The notes: generated from the sequence alone by a model not told the origin. A DNA stretch of 64,000 nucleotides from Octopus vulgaris (GCA_951406725.2 OX597828.1:12896001-12960000); one strand, 5' to 3'; shown: positions 1 through 15,600, numbered from the stretch's first letter. Program-made: numbers and translations.

Positions 1-197
1 CTCAATAATACTATAAAAATAGACGAATTTCTTCAAAACATTCAATCTGAAGAATCCACTTGAGTGGATGCAAGCGTTAATATATGATTTATAAAAGCAT
101 GTGACACATTAATAAAAATCTGTAAATATAAAACCATCCAGATTTCTGAGTACCTTATTTCTTCTAATATATAATACCTGTACATCATCTCCAAACC

Positions 198-268
<71 letters not shown>

Positions 269-273
<5 letters not shown>

Positions 274-450
274 TGAAATTTTCAGAAAAACAAAAATGAA
301 GACAGATGTATAAACAACAAGCTGGTGTATTAGATTAACGCTTGGGAAGGTGAGAAAGTCTTTTACGTTTCGAGCCTACGCTCTTCAACAGAAAGGAACA
401 TAAGGAAATAAACAGAGAGAGCACAGAGAGAGCATAAAAACTTTTGGAGT
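269..450 (-). mobile_element. Short Penelope-like terminal-repeat (pLTR-type) copy with hammerhead-like motif
   Basis: Minus strand 395-360 reads CTTT-CTGTTGA-A-GAGC-GTAG-GCTC-GAAACGTA-AAAG. Similar to copies at 10566, 15060, 15416 and 22820. Abuts (TA)n at 201-268. Confidence 0.7.
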
Positions 451-451
451 T

Positions 452-555
<104 letters not shown>

Positions 556-1616
556 ATAATTACAAATATATCATTATTAACCTTGTTACTTTTACTTAAT
601 ACAATGTTACTGTTATACTTTAGACCGCGCAGTGTATATTTGAGTTCCATGTTGAATGCATTTTATATTATTGTTTATGTTATGTATACATGTATGTTTA
701 TTTATTTATTTATTTCGCCTGAAACTAGGTAAGTCTTGAAGTTTATTACACATGATTCGAATGTTTTTATCTCTGAGGTTATCTAGGGATAAGTAAAGTA
801 GTTTAACTTTACATAACATAGGAACTGAAACTCGATAGGAAAACATTAGCAAACAGCACACGCATCTAACATACAATTTCCCACAAAACTAGATGGTTAA
901 TGATGGGAGCGATGCTTACAGCGCATACACAATCCTAAACTGCACTGACAGATAACGTGTGCTAATCACAAACATAATCTTATCCGTGACTATTGAAAGG
1001 AAATAGCCCAGGGTCAAGAATCAAACTCGGAAGTGTTATTAGCGTTCACAAAGCCACAATCCCGTTGTTCCTCTTAACAATAAAACGCATTAATCTCGCC
1101 ATTCTCACACGTCCTTCCATGCTTGTGAGTATTTCGGCTGCTCATCCTTTAACAAAGAAAATACATTTACTGTTTGCTATATTAACTGTTTGTGTAATGT
1201 GGATAATTTTCTGTTCCAGTTGAAAATTCTCGTCGATATTATGTAATTCAACTTCTCTCTATATTATAATTATTTATCTATTTATACGTCTATGCATCTC
1301 TCTGCTTCTGTCTCCCGCTCTCTCAATTGTGTGTGTGTATGTATGCATGTATCTGTGTTCATATATATATATGTATGTATGTATGTGTGTGTGATATGTG
1401 GTAACGCACGGCGCTCTCGGCCCTTTGGTCACTCTGTTGCTTCTCCTAAATATTTATAAAAAAAACAAATATGTGTGTGTGTGTGTGGTTAAGGTCAAAC
1501 AACTGACAAGCAAATCTGTGGTATTGAGCAGAATATTTGCTGTAGACTATCTTTTATATCAAGACAAAACAATGCACATGGTAACACTTCCAATCAGTTA
1601 AGATCAGAAGTTATTA

Positions 1617-1773
<157 letters not shown>

Positions 1774-1778
1774 TATTA

Positions 1779-2139
1779 TTATTACCTCCGTCTTAGCGAA
1801 GGGGGAAGTATTGTTTTTCAGTCGTGTTTGTTTGTTTGTTTTTTGTCCGTGGACAAGATATCTCAAGAACCGCTGGGTGAATTCGGATGAAACTGTCAGG
1901 GATGCTTGGCCTCGTGACTAACACGAACTGATTAGATTTTGGATCGATCCGGTGGATTATTTTCTCGGTTTTTTACTTAATGTTTGAGAGCGGTCAGATT
2001 CAATTTTAGTATTTTCGTTTGTGAGAGCAGTCGAGTTTATTTCAGATATTCTCATTTTTAAAAAGTCATCTCTGGCTAATCGTTGAGAGGACGTTGGTGT
2101 TACCTTGGCGGAGGTTTGCGCTCTCTGTGTGCTCTTGTT
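1779..2139 (+). mobile_element. Non-autonomous Helentron/DINE-1-like element (HINE)
   Basis: 5' TTATTACCTCCGTC with a short hairpin, an internal (GTTT)n run, the inverted subterminal repeat GGCGGAGGT (2107-2115) and a 3' hairpin GCGCTCTCTGTGTGC followed by TCTTGTT. This is the usual HINE layout. Confidence 0.7.
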
Positions 2140-2149
2140 ATTATTATTA

Positions 2150-2612
2150 TTACCAAGCACATACATCACAACTATACGTGCGCAACATGGTGATCTCATA
2201 TGAAGATAAACAGCGCATGACCTTGCAGGTGGGGTCCATGTAAGAATTTTCTTCAGGCCGAGCAGCCCATCCCACTCAGGGAATATGGGTCCTTTAAGGA
2301 TGTAGAACAAAACACCCATGTTTCCAGGGGTGAATTATCCAAACCCCCAAAAATTTCTCTCAACACATGATTACTATGCTCCCCAACTACTTCTGCTCGT
2401 GATCAGAGATGCATATATCGTCAGTCACTAAAGCATTTTGTCAACTGGTGACGGTTGAACAACTGACAAGCAAATGTGTGGCTTAGAGCAGAATATTTGC
2501 TATATATTATTATTATTATTACCAAGTACATACATCACAACCATACGTGCGCAACATGGTGAGCTCATATCAAGATAAACAGCACATGACCTTGCAGGTG
2601 GGGCCCACTTAG
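2150..2612. repeat. Unclassified interspersed repeat associated with (ATT)n; partial tandem copies
   Basis: 2150-2240 recurs at 2519-2612, and 2445-2500 recurs at about 1487-1545. The copies abut (ATT)n tracts. Confidence 0.6.
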
Positions 2613-3082
2613 CAGCCCTTACTGTTTGTTTTCATTGTCCCGTTTTTGTTACCAACTTTGACCCTCCGTAAATCACAAATTTTATTTAATTTGTTGCGGG
2701 AGCAACTGTTTTGACGAAGGCGCATCTTGTCATAATTGCTCGAAATGCGGAGTAGATAAAACAGCTGATGAAGAGTCGTTCTTTATGTTACTTGTCTGGT
2801 TTTCCATTTTTTTTATTTCGTTGTTTGCAAAAAGAGTTCGTTTTCGTATTTCATGTTGTTTACGTTCTAAGATGTCCTGTACCCATATATGCATATGTAT
2901 ATACATATATATGTATATATATATATATACGTATATATATATATATATATATACGTATATATGTATATACATATATATACGTATATATGCCTATATATAT
3001 ATATATTATTTATAATATTATTTGATTGAACGCCACGCATCCATTTCCAAGTGAGTTTTATCTATCGGTCTATATATATATA

Positions 3083-3367
3083 TCACCGTGATCAACGTGA
3101 CCGACCACGCTATCAGATGTTGCTACACATTGTTGCTTCGCATTGTTTTAGCCTTCAAATGATGCCACCCCGCTGGCTAAGCGAGCAGGCCAACAGAAGA
3201 AAGAGTGAGAGAAAGTTGTGGCGAAAGAGTACAGCAGGGATTGCCACCAGCCTCGTGGAGCTTTAGGTGTTTTCGCTCAATAAACACTCACAACGCCCGG
3301 TCTGGGAATCGAAACCGCGATCCTACAACCGCGAGTCCGCTGCCCTAACCACTGGGCCATAGCGCCT

Positions 3368-3370
<3 letters not shown>
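3083..3370 (-). mobile_element. tRNA-derived SINE (head type C) with RTE-like 3' tail
   Basis: Head GGAGGCGCTATGGCCCAGTGGTTAGG (A box) ... GGTTTCGATTCCC (B box). Tail TGGTCGGTCACGTTGATCACGGTGA resembles the 3' end of the RTE at 6398. (TA)n on both sides. Confidence 0.85.
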
Positions 3371-3448
<78 letters not shown>

Positions 3449-4085
3449 CATACATGTGTATATCTATGAGTGTGTGTGTATATATACATACTATACAAAT
3501 ATATACATTATGATAGATATATATATATATATATAGATAGATAGATAGATAGAACAGAAAGAGAAGCGGGTGGGAGATACATTGTTGGGTGCTATATGAA
3601 AACTGAACACGCGCACATACATATGTACGTACATACACATACACATTCACACACACACACACGCACGCACGAACACAAACACACATATCACCACCACCAG
3701 CACCACGCCATAAACACAACAGGAAGCCTAAAATATTGATGCATGTTTTTTTGCTGTTGTTTTTCGCTAAATCATCCAACCAGAAATATTATTGGCACCT
3801 GCAGAGAAATATAACTCTCCCAAGAGTGCAGGTGCAATCTTCAGCTCAGCATATAAACAGCTCTCGTGCTGCACCTATTAAGTGTGCATTTCATCCTGCA
3901 TTCTTTCTTCTTTGCCTCCATTTTGTTTTGAAAATCTCATTGACGTTCTCGGTATTTCCTTCCTTCCTTCCTTCCTTCCTTCCTCCCTCTCTTCGCGCCT
4001 TCCTTGCTACCTCTCTAACCCTCTATTTCTATCTATCCATCCATCCATCCGTCCGTCCGTCCGTCTATCCATCCATCCATCCATC

Positions 4086-4141
<56 letters not shown>

Positions 4142-4254
4142 AAACTAACTAACTAATTAACTTTGTGTGTGTGTGTGTGTCTGTGTGTGTTTGTGTGTGT
4201 GTGTGTGTGTTCGTTTGTATCAGTATACCTAGCTTGCTAGCTTTCTCTCTCCTT

Positions 4255-4290
<36 letters not shown>

Positions 4291-4506
4291 TCCCTCTCTC
4301 TCCCTCTCTCTCCCTCTCTCCTCCCTCTCCCCTCTCTTTTTCTCTATCTCCCTCTCTCTTTCTCTTTTCCCCCTCCCTCTCTCTTTCTCTCCCGTTCCTC
4401 CCTCTCTCTCTCTGTATAGATAGATAGATAGATAGATATATTTATCCGTGTCTATCTAACTTCGTGTACGTGTATGTGTGCCTGCTCGGTTTTATCTGTA
4501 TATCTA

Positions 4507-4570
<64 letters not shown>

Positions 4571-4865
4571 CTCTCTCTCCCACACACACACACACTCACA
4601 CACACACACAGTAACTTGCGCTCACGTACACAGCTTACACACATCTCTGATAGAGACCGAAAGGTATTCCGCTCAAGTTAAGCAAATTATGATATCTGTG
4701 TACTTAAAAATAGATCTGAGTTTCTCGTCAGCCCAAGCAAATCTCCGGGGACGAGGGTAGCAAATCCAAAACATACTTCCAGAAAATTCGAACGAGAAAC
4801 TGGTTTAATATGTAGTGATTTCATATTTCTTTTTGTGCGTGTATGTGTTTGTGTTTGCGTGTTTG

Positions 4866-4924
<59 letters not shown>

Positions 4925-4936
4925 GCGTGTGTGTGC

Positions 4937-4987
<51 letters not shown>

Positions 4988-5314
4988 GTTGTGAGTGTAT
5001 GTTTTTTTTTGTGTGCTCATACTTCAGCTGCGTGAGAAAGAATGAAGAAAGAAAGAAAGAAAGAAAGAGAGAACGAAAGAAAGAGGTTCAGAGGAACAGA
5101 GAAAGAAAGAGAGGAAAAGAAGAGGGAGGGGAGGGAGGGAGGAAGGAAGGAAGGAAGGAAGGAAGGAAGGAAGGAAGGAAGGAAGGAAGGAAGGAAGGAG
5201 GAAGGAAGGGAGGAAGGAAGGAGGGAAGGAAGGAAGGAAGGAAGGAAGGAAGGGAGGGAGGGAGGGAGGGAGGGAGGAACGAACGAACGAACGAAGCAGA
5301 GAAAGAAAGAAAAC

Positions 5315-5357
<43 letters not shown>

Positions 5358-5948
5358 ACGAAAGAAAGATAGATAGAAAGAAAGGAAGATAGAAAGAAAG
5401 AAGGAAAGAAAGAAAGAAAAAAGACGCAGCGAAGGCAAGAGAGAAACAAAGAGAATAAGTATTACTAAAAATGTTTTTTTTTTTGGGGGGGGGTCTTTTT
5501 TGCTAAGTTCTCATTAAAACGAAATCGGAGAAAACAGATTATTAAATATCCCCCACCGACCAACCAACCATTGCCACCGCCGCCACCGTAAACAAGCAAA
5601 AAAAACAACAATATATTAGAAAATTAAGGCTCCTTCTGAGGCATGCAAAATATATTTTCTTCCTTTACAAGTTTACAAGGCAAGATTTTTTTGCAAATTA
5701 TTTTTAATAGACATTTTATCAAAGAGAGCTTTGTATCCTCGTATCGGTTTGCTTCGTCGTGGATGGTTTCTAACGCGTGCCAAGATTTCATCTTCGATTC
5801 CTTATCAAAAATTATGGCTTTTTTTTTTTTTTTTGAATCCTACAAAAGTTTTCTTTTTAAAAAAAATACAATACGAGAAGAACAGAAGGGAAAGAAAGCG
5901 TGTGGCGGGAAAGTGGTGAGGACGCAGTCTACTGTATATCTATTTGTA

Positions 5949-6029
<81 letters not shown>

Positions 6030-6069
6030 GGGGTGATTAAACTTTTCATAATTCAGCTGTGTTGGAAGG

Positions 6070-6164
<95 letters not shown>

Positions 6165-6342
6165 AAACATTTCACTTTTTCAAAAATAGGGGAAGCAGTA
6201 ACTTTCGAAGTTTCGGTCTACTAGCCGACACCTAAACTTCGAAGTCACAATTACCATTCTTCTTGTAAAAAGTATGAAAAGTTTTGAATAAATTTTCAGT
6301 TTAATGTCAGGTTGTTTTTATAACTTGACATAAAAAAGACAT

Positions 6343-6397
<55 letters not shown>

Positions 6398-6401
<4 letters not shown>

Positions 6402-7004
6402 TTTGATCACTTTGACCGACCAGTCCGTCAGGCGTCCATTTGACACCGCTGGCCACAGCACGCTGTCCACTCCTCTCTGGATCGCGCCTTTCTCATGCAC
6501 GTGATCCCAATCGTCCTCTTGAAATCGTCACTCCACCGTCGTGGAGGTCTTCCGGGTGGTCTTTTCGCTCACGCGGGTACCACTCGACAACTGCGTGCGT
6601 CCACCGATTATCGGTGAGCCGGGCGACGTGTCCAGCCCATCTATACTTGCTGCGTGTATACTCTGCGATGACATCTCTCACGCCGGACTTCTTTCTGATG
6701 ATGTTGCTATTTATGTGCTCTCTCAACGAGATACCAAGCATTGACCTTTCCATGGCTCTTTGAGCCGTTATCAGTCTTTGCTCTTCTCTCTTTGTGGTAG
6801 CCCATGTTTCACTACCATATAACATTGCAGGCAGAACTGCACTGTTAATGAGGTTGGCGCGAATGGTCCTGTCCAACCTTCCCTTGAGCACATCCCTTAA
6901 GCCATTGAACGCCCTCCATCCGGCCCTTACTCTCCGTGAGATCTCCTTTTTGATATCCCGGCACATATTTACTTCCTGTCCCAGGTAGACATATTCTCTC
7001 ACCT

Positions 7005-7006
<2 letters not shown>
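6398..7006 (-). mobile_element. 5'-truncated RTE-clade LINE (C-terminal part of the ORF plus 3' tail)
   Basis: ORF 6493-7002 has YVYLGQ, LYGSETW, AQRAMERSMLG and WAGHVAR. After a frameshift near 6560 it continues RPPGRPPRRWSD. These are RTE C-terminal motifs. (TA)n on both sides. Confidence 0.92.
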
Positions 7007-7045
<39 letters not shown>

Positions 7046-7122
7046 ATATATATATATAAATAAATATGTATGTTTGTATGTATGTATGTATGTATGTATA
7101 TATATATGTATATATATTTACG

Positions 7123-7195
<73 letters not shown>

Positions 7196-8121
7196 GCTAT
7201 ATCAGCTACACATAGATACCTTTGCTAGGTAATTCGAAGCTGCGAAAATTACGTTACCAATGTAATATAATTCACCATCGTTGACGAGATTCGAACCGAC
7301 GTCACATCGAATGACACTCTGGTGGTACTCGACAAGATTCGATCATCTCGGCAGCAAGCTTAACTCATCCATCTATGACTCCTGCAATCAGCAGTTACGT
7401 AATTAATTGCAATAACTGGTTGCGAGGAAGACGTCCGTTGGAAAACGAATTGAAACAGGTACAAAAACAAAGCGGAACACCGTTGTTGCATTAACTACTT
7501 TCGTTCTTTCTGGTGTCTCCATGGTGACAGCAGATATAATTTCACAGTCTGGCGTAAAGAATCTGTGGATGGATTTCAATCGTTGAATACATTAACGAAA
7601 AGCGAGTTTAATTCGCAAGACATAATTGGTTTCTCCTTTCGTAAAATAATATCTGCCTTAGGATTTATGATTAATCGACTGTAATATTTAAATTGAGTCC
7701 AAGAAGAGAAATTGTCTACTTTAAGATAACTAAACGGTAATCCATAGCTTTGATACGCTGGAATACTCACAAGAATGACAATCGAGCTGTCTATAAATAA
7801 CTATTATAAAGTCTCTTTGCTTATCGTTAAATATTGCTAAATATCGATTTTATTTTACTTCGGTTCAAGACTTCAAATTTGAAGGAGAACAGCCAATTAT
7901 ATCGACTCGAGTATTTCGGCGGTATCTTATTTTATCAAACTCGTTTTTACTCGGCGAGAAGTACGAAGAGGTAAAGTCGTCCTCGGTGGTATTTAAAATC
8001 AAAACACGGGGGTTAGGTGAGGTGAAATATGTGGATATGCGAAATGTGTGGATGGATGCGAAATATGTGAAATATGTAGATGGATAGATGGATAGATATA
8101 GATAGAAAGAAAGACAGAAAG

Positions 8122-8534
8122 TGGCGAGCTGGCAGAGTCGTTAGCACGCTGGGCGAAATGCTTAGTGGTATTTTCTCTGCCGCTACGTTCTGAGTTCAAA
8201 TTCCACCGAGGTCGACTTTACCTTTCATCCTTTCGGGGTCGATTAAATAAGTACTAGTTACGCACTGGGGTCGATATAATCGACTTAATTCGTTTGCCTG
8301 TCCTTGTTTGTCCTCTCTGTGTTTAGCCCAATGTGGGTAGTAAAGAAATAGGTATTTCGTCCGTCTTTACGTTCTGAGTTCAAATTCCGCCGAGGTCGAC
8401 TTTGCCTTTCATCCTTTCGGGGTCGATTAAATAAGTACCAGTTACGCACTGCGGTCGATGTAATCGACTTAATCCGTTTGTCTGTCCTTGTTTGTTCTCT
8501 CTGTGTTTAGCCCCTTGTAGGTAGTAAAGAAATA
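8122..8534 (+). mobile_element. tRNA-derived SINE family A, dimeric (184-bp unit x2)
   Basis: Head GGCGAGCTGGCAGAGTCGTTAGC, B box GAGTTCAAATTCC, core GCCTTTCATCCTTTCGGGGTCGAT. Units at 8167-8350 and 8351-8534. Confidence 0.88.
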
Positions 8535-9263
8535 AGAAAGACAGACAGACAGACAGACAGACAGAGGGATGGACGGACGGATTGTTTGATTGATTGATAA
8601 AGTATGTGTGTGTTCGTGAGTGTCTTAGTGTTTGTGCTTGTGTCTATCGTCGCTTAACAACCGATGTCAGTTTGTTTACGTCCCCGTGATAAAGCCGTTC
8701 AGCAAAAATTGACCCATAAAATAAGTACCAGGCTTAAAATAAACCCTGGAGGTCAATTTGTTCCACTAAGCCTACACGGCGATGCTCCAGCATGGCCGCG
8801 GTCCATTGACTGAAGCAAGCAAAAAGGTGAAAGAGTTTAATGAAGTGACCTCTTTCTAAGTCGACGAAGAAAGTAAATAAAAGGCGCCAAACTCAAAATG
8901 TTTTACGTCTTTAAAAAGGGTCCATTTGGGGACAGATTGTGCTGGGAAAATGGCCAGGAGGAGGAGGAAGATAATGGTGACGATGGTGATTATTGGGATA
9001 AAGGAGATGATGATAAGGAGGAGGAGGAGAGTGATAGTGATGGCGATGAGGATGGTGATAATGATTGTGGGGATGCTGACGATGAGGACGACGACGATGA
9101 TGAGAATGATGATGACGAAAAGAAGAAGTAGAAATATGATGAAGAGGAGAACGACGACGGCGATAATGATGACGATGATGATATTGATGACTAGGTGGGG
9201 GATAATATTGCTGCTACTACTACTAATAATGATGATGATGTATTCTATGAAGACTCTAAGCAA

Positions 9264-9458
9264 GGCGTAGGAGTGGCTGTGTGGTAAGTAGCTTGCTTAT
9301 CAACCACATGGTTCTGGGTTCAGTCACACTGCGTGGCACCTTGGGCATGTGTCTTCTACTATAGCCTCAGGCCGACCAAAGCCTTGTGAGCGGATATGAT
9401 AGACGGAAACTGAAAGAAGCCCGTCGTATATATGTATATATATATTTATGTATATATA

Positions 9459-9557
<99 letters not shown>

Positions 9558-9773
9558 TGTGTCTGTGTTTGTCCCACCCACCCAACATCGCTTGACAACC
9601 GATGCTGGTGTGTTTACGTCCCCGTAACTTAGCGGCAAAAAGTGACCGATAGAATAAGTACTGGGCTTACAAAGAATAAGTCTTGGGGGTCGATTTTCTC
9701 GACTAAAGGTGGTGCTCCAGCATGGCCACAGTCACATGACTGAAACAAGTAAAAAGAGTAGAGAGTAAGAGTA
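9264..9773 (+). mobile_element. tRNA-derived SINE family B with internal (TA/TG)n
   Basis: GGCGTAGGAGTGGCTGTGTGGTAAG ... GGTTCAGTC ... CACCTTGGGCA (CORE-like) ... tail GGTGCTCCAGCATGGCCACAGTCACATGACTGAAACAAGT plus AAGAGT repeats. Many similar copies in the window. Confidence 0.88.
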
Positions 9774-10396
9774 AGGCTATATATTGCGGATGTGTTAAAT
9801 CAACGCTATACAACCACTAACAAAAGATGGCGAGTTTTCCTGTCTTATGAAGTCTCTCCTCGCAATAACATGGCATTATCTGTTCGTAATTTCATTTTTG
9901 TAAATCTCATAATACACACTCCGAAACAAAGATTAGTTCAGATTGAAACCGTATTAGCTTTGGAAAATTGTACCATGTCTCTATGTTTTTGTATCTAAGC
10001 AGGAGAAAATAAGTTCATTAGGATACTACGTCTTGTGACAACAACTAATATCAGCCTCCAATTCTCGACTCATTCCATAAGGATTTTCAGCTATCAAAGA
10101 ATCCATGGCCCGGACCGCAATTACGATTCGCTTTTATCTTCTACTCTTACCTTTTTACTTGCTTTCAGTTATTTTTGTCTGCGGCCATAATGGAGCACCG
10201 CCTTATTTTTTAATTTTTTATTTTTAGTTTTTGTTTTTATTTTTTTTTGTCGACGTCAATGCATAATGTTTTTAGTCTGGTACATATCCTATCAGTCATT
10301 TTTGCCGAACTGTTAACCTACGAGGACATAAACAAATTTCATCAAAGACACACATACACACATATACATATATATGTACATGCATATATATGTATG

Positions 10397-10484
<88 letters not shown>

Positions 10485-10565
10485 TATGGGTTCTCATCAG
10501 AGGTGTCCACATCATTTTGATAATCTCCAGAGAAACAAGCAGCCAAACTGTTTATATATATATAT

Positions 10566-10760
10566 AAGGAGACTTCACGAAAAAAAACAAAAGACGAAGA
10601 CAGGTAGTGTAGAAAACAAAACAGATGTATTAGTATAACGCTCGGGAATTGAAAAAAGTCTTTTACGTTTCGAGCCTATGCTCTTCCACAGAAAGGAACA
10701 CAGAAAGGAACACAGAAAGAAACAAGGAGAGAAAAAAATGTGTAAAGTGGCTACCGATCT

Positions 10761-10762
<2 letters not shown>
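10566..10762 (-). mobile_element. Short Penelope-like pLTR copy with hammerhead-like motif
   Basis: Minus 10695-10660 reads CTTT-CTGTGGA-A-GAGC-ATAG-GCTC-GAAACGTA-AAAG. Flanked by (TA)n. Confidence 0.7.
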
Positions 10763-10826
<64 letters not shown>

Positions 10827-11617
10827 CATACACATATATATATAAGTGTGTGTATGTGTGTGTGTCTGACCCTTCATGGGTACTGCTACCTGCAGGCAAT
10901 AACAGTCACATCTCAGAACTCACTGAACTGAAAACCTTGTCTTGAAATAGAAATCATAGGGCACAGGCTGCGTAATGTTGGCCTATGTATGCCAAAAAGA
11001 CCGAATAGTTACGCCTGCACCACATTTGACTGTAGGTGTGTCCGAGTGGAATTGACCTGAGATACAAACAACAATTTAACTCGATATTATTCGTAGGGAG
11101 AGAGAGCGAGGAGGGGAGGGGAAAGAGGGAGAGAGGGGAAAAAAGAAAGAAAGAAAGAAATACATGCTTACATGCATATATGTGTGTGCCTTTATATCGT
11201 CAATAAAATACAGAAAAAATATTGCTTATGCGTAATTAAAAATACATGCGTTTCAGGAAATTACCAACCAGAATTGCATAAATGCTTGCTAAAACACCTC
11301 CTCGGTGTTTGACAAAAAGTACAACGAATAATATACAAGTTAAAAAGACTTGAATAAATTTGAATATGAAAAAGTCTGGCCGTGATAGACAAGAATGTAA
11401 CACATTTCCTCTATCCGTTTGATGTGCAAAAAAAAATAGCAGTCTTATGACGGACTGTTTCTCGATTTATTGACCACTCTTCAGAGAAGATGTATCGAGT
11501 AACTGAGTACATTATCTCTGAAGAGCAATCCACAAACTTTCCGCTCTCAAAAACATAGACGTAATATATTTACATTCTTATTTCACTTACTACCGGACTT
11601 TCTAATATATTCACACA

Positions 11618-11730
<113 letters not shown>

Positions 11731-12041
11731 GTATATATATATGCATGTATATATGCTTATATATTTATGCATACATATATATATATGTATACACACACAT
11801 ATATATATATGTATGTATATACATAAATACTTATATATACATGTGTGTGTGTGTGTGTGCGTGTGTGTGTGTTGTATACACACTGACTCAAATTACCATC
11901 ATTAACACAGAAACCAACCAATCCAAAAATAAATATAATTACCCACAAATACTCGCGTTAAGATCACTCTCTCACTCCTTCATCCTCTCTCACTCCTTCA
12001 TCCTCTCTCAGTTCTTTCCCCCCTCTCTCTCCCTTCCTCTG

Positions 12042-12076
<35 letters not shown>

Positions 12077-12534
12077 TTCTTTCTTATTTAAACTCGTCTC
12101 CCACTATGTACGTAATTCTACTGAAACTGTTACCATTGAATGGAGTTGGATATGTCCCCATACCACGCATTACCTGCTTGCTTTCTGTCCGGTGATGATA
12201 CAAACTACTATACTGTACAATAAAGCAATGGGAATATCCCTACGCTGTCACTCGACTTGGTAGAAATAGCAGCTAAATCACTCTCAAATCACATCCTTCC
12301 GTTTTAGAAAAGAAACAACGCATTTGTTGTTGTAGTCAAGAGAGCACTATTACAACAACAAAAAAATGACGTGAGGGTCACAGCTGGAATATCTTTGATC
12401 ACAGGTCTAAGTGGCTCTACATCCGAGTGATGTGACAAAGTATTTATACGAATCTTTAATCTTCACGACATATCTTCTTTAGCACTCTTTCGTTTCGTTT
12501 CTACGCCTACCAGTATGTATGTGTCTGCGGGGGG

Positions 12535-12607
<73 letters not shown>

Positions 12608-12719
12608 AGAGAGAAAAGGAGAGACAGAGACAGAAAGAGCCAATGTCTGCGTTGTGTGTGCACGCGCGTATATTTGTCTTTGGATATGTATGTACCTTAA
12701 AAGATAATAAAAACATAAA

Positions 12720-12967
12720 TGCGCCCTTTTTATAGCCTAGCCATGCTCATGGGCCCGGTTTCCCGGTTTCTATGGCGTATGCGTTTACCAGCTGGACGGG
12801 ACGCCAGTCCATCGCGACGTTACTCATTTTTGCCAGCCGAGTGGACTGGAGCAACGTGAAATGAAGTGTTTTGTCCAAGAACACAATGCGTTGCCCGGTC
12901 CTGGAATCGAAACGACAATCTTACGATCATGAGGCTGACACCCTAACCACTAAGCCACGCGCCTCCA
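12720..12967 (-). mobile_element. tRNA-derived SINE with V-domain-like body
   Basis: Head GGAGGCGCGTGGCTTAGTGGTTAGG ... GTTTCGATTCC. Body GCGATGGACTGGCGTCCCGTCCAG. Tail shared with the copy at 34658. Confidence 0.8.
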
Positions 12968-13027
12968 CACACCTTGAAAGATAAACAGTAAAATATCCGT
13001 GTACGATGTATGTGCGCGTGCGTGTTG

Positions 13028-13068
<41 letters not shown>

Positions 13069-13082
13069 CGTGCGTGCGTGCA

Positions 13083-13133
<51 letters not shown>

Positions 13134-13134
13134 A

Positions 13135-13210
<76 letters not shown>

Positions 13211-14012
13211 TGTGTGTATGTGCTTGTATATGTGTGTGTGTTCGCGGGCTGGTGTAAGTGATAATTCTTGTGAGATTAAGTAGGGTTGCCACTCTGCAAC
13301 GATATCGTCCGACTGACCTTTCGCACGAGAGCGAATTGGAAAATAATACTATTACCGTACTTGGTATCAGCAATATAAATCGTTGACTGTCGTCTGTTGA
13401 ACATGAAGAGGTTCTTCTTACAAACAAACAAACAAACAAACAAAAAAACGAGGAAGACTTTAAGCTTATTTTGGCACATTAATTCAGCCTTTATATTAAT
13501 TGGCGTGGAGTCGCAGCACCTTCAACAGTTCTCAAATTATTATACCTTATCTAACGCTGCTCGTGAGATGCTCTCCTTTAGTGTTCCCCTTTTAGTCTCT
13601 TGATTTTAAGTACAAATATGTTCTTAAAACTTTGTGTTATTTTCTGGTTAGCGATCACAGAGCTAACTGTAGCTCTAGAGATGTTTTTTCATACAACTAT
13701 AGTTAGTATTAATGCTGTTTTTGCTGAACATCTGTCACTGTTTACGGCTATGCAAAAAATGCTTTCCGATTAAGGACACATCGTTTACAACATCGGTTTT
13801 TACACTAATGTTTTATGGCAGGTTATGTCATATAACATTTTTCTTGTGGCAGCTAGATGATGTTAGCAAGTACATGATTCTTTCTTGATATCGGGTTTAT
13901 GTAAATATCTCACCGTAAGAGTCAGTTGTCTTACAGAATGCGGTTTCATCGGAGGGAGTGCATAAATGTTAATATATATGTATGTGTATATACATGTAAG
14001 TATATATGTATG

Positions 14013-15600
<1,588 letters not shown>

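Noticed and set aside
2700-2790. TTGACGA..CGAAATGC and CTGATGAAGAG hammerhead-like words
   Set aside because: Cannot be assembled into a consistent core with stem III and a cleavage triplet.
3295-3370. tRNA-like sequences (A and B boxes) here and at many other sites
   Set aside because: They are SINE heads continuing into shared bodies, without an intact cloverleaf; no true tRNA gene is called.
7515-7528. X-box-like GTCTCCATGGTGAC
   Set aside because: Imperfect single motif with no supporting cluster.
8898-9270. Acidic or Met-rich ORFs
   Set aside because: Degenerate GAT/GAG/GAC trinucleotide repeat with no splice support.
10003-10190. Open frame after a CAG acceptor (ENKFIRILRLVTTT...)
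   Set aside because: No donor, the 3' part is a SINE B tail, and there is no recognisable homology.
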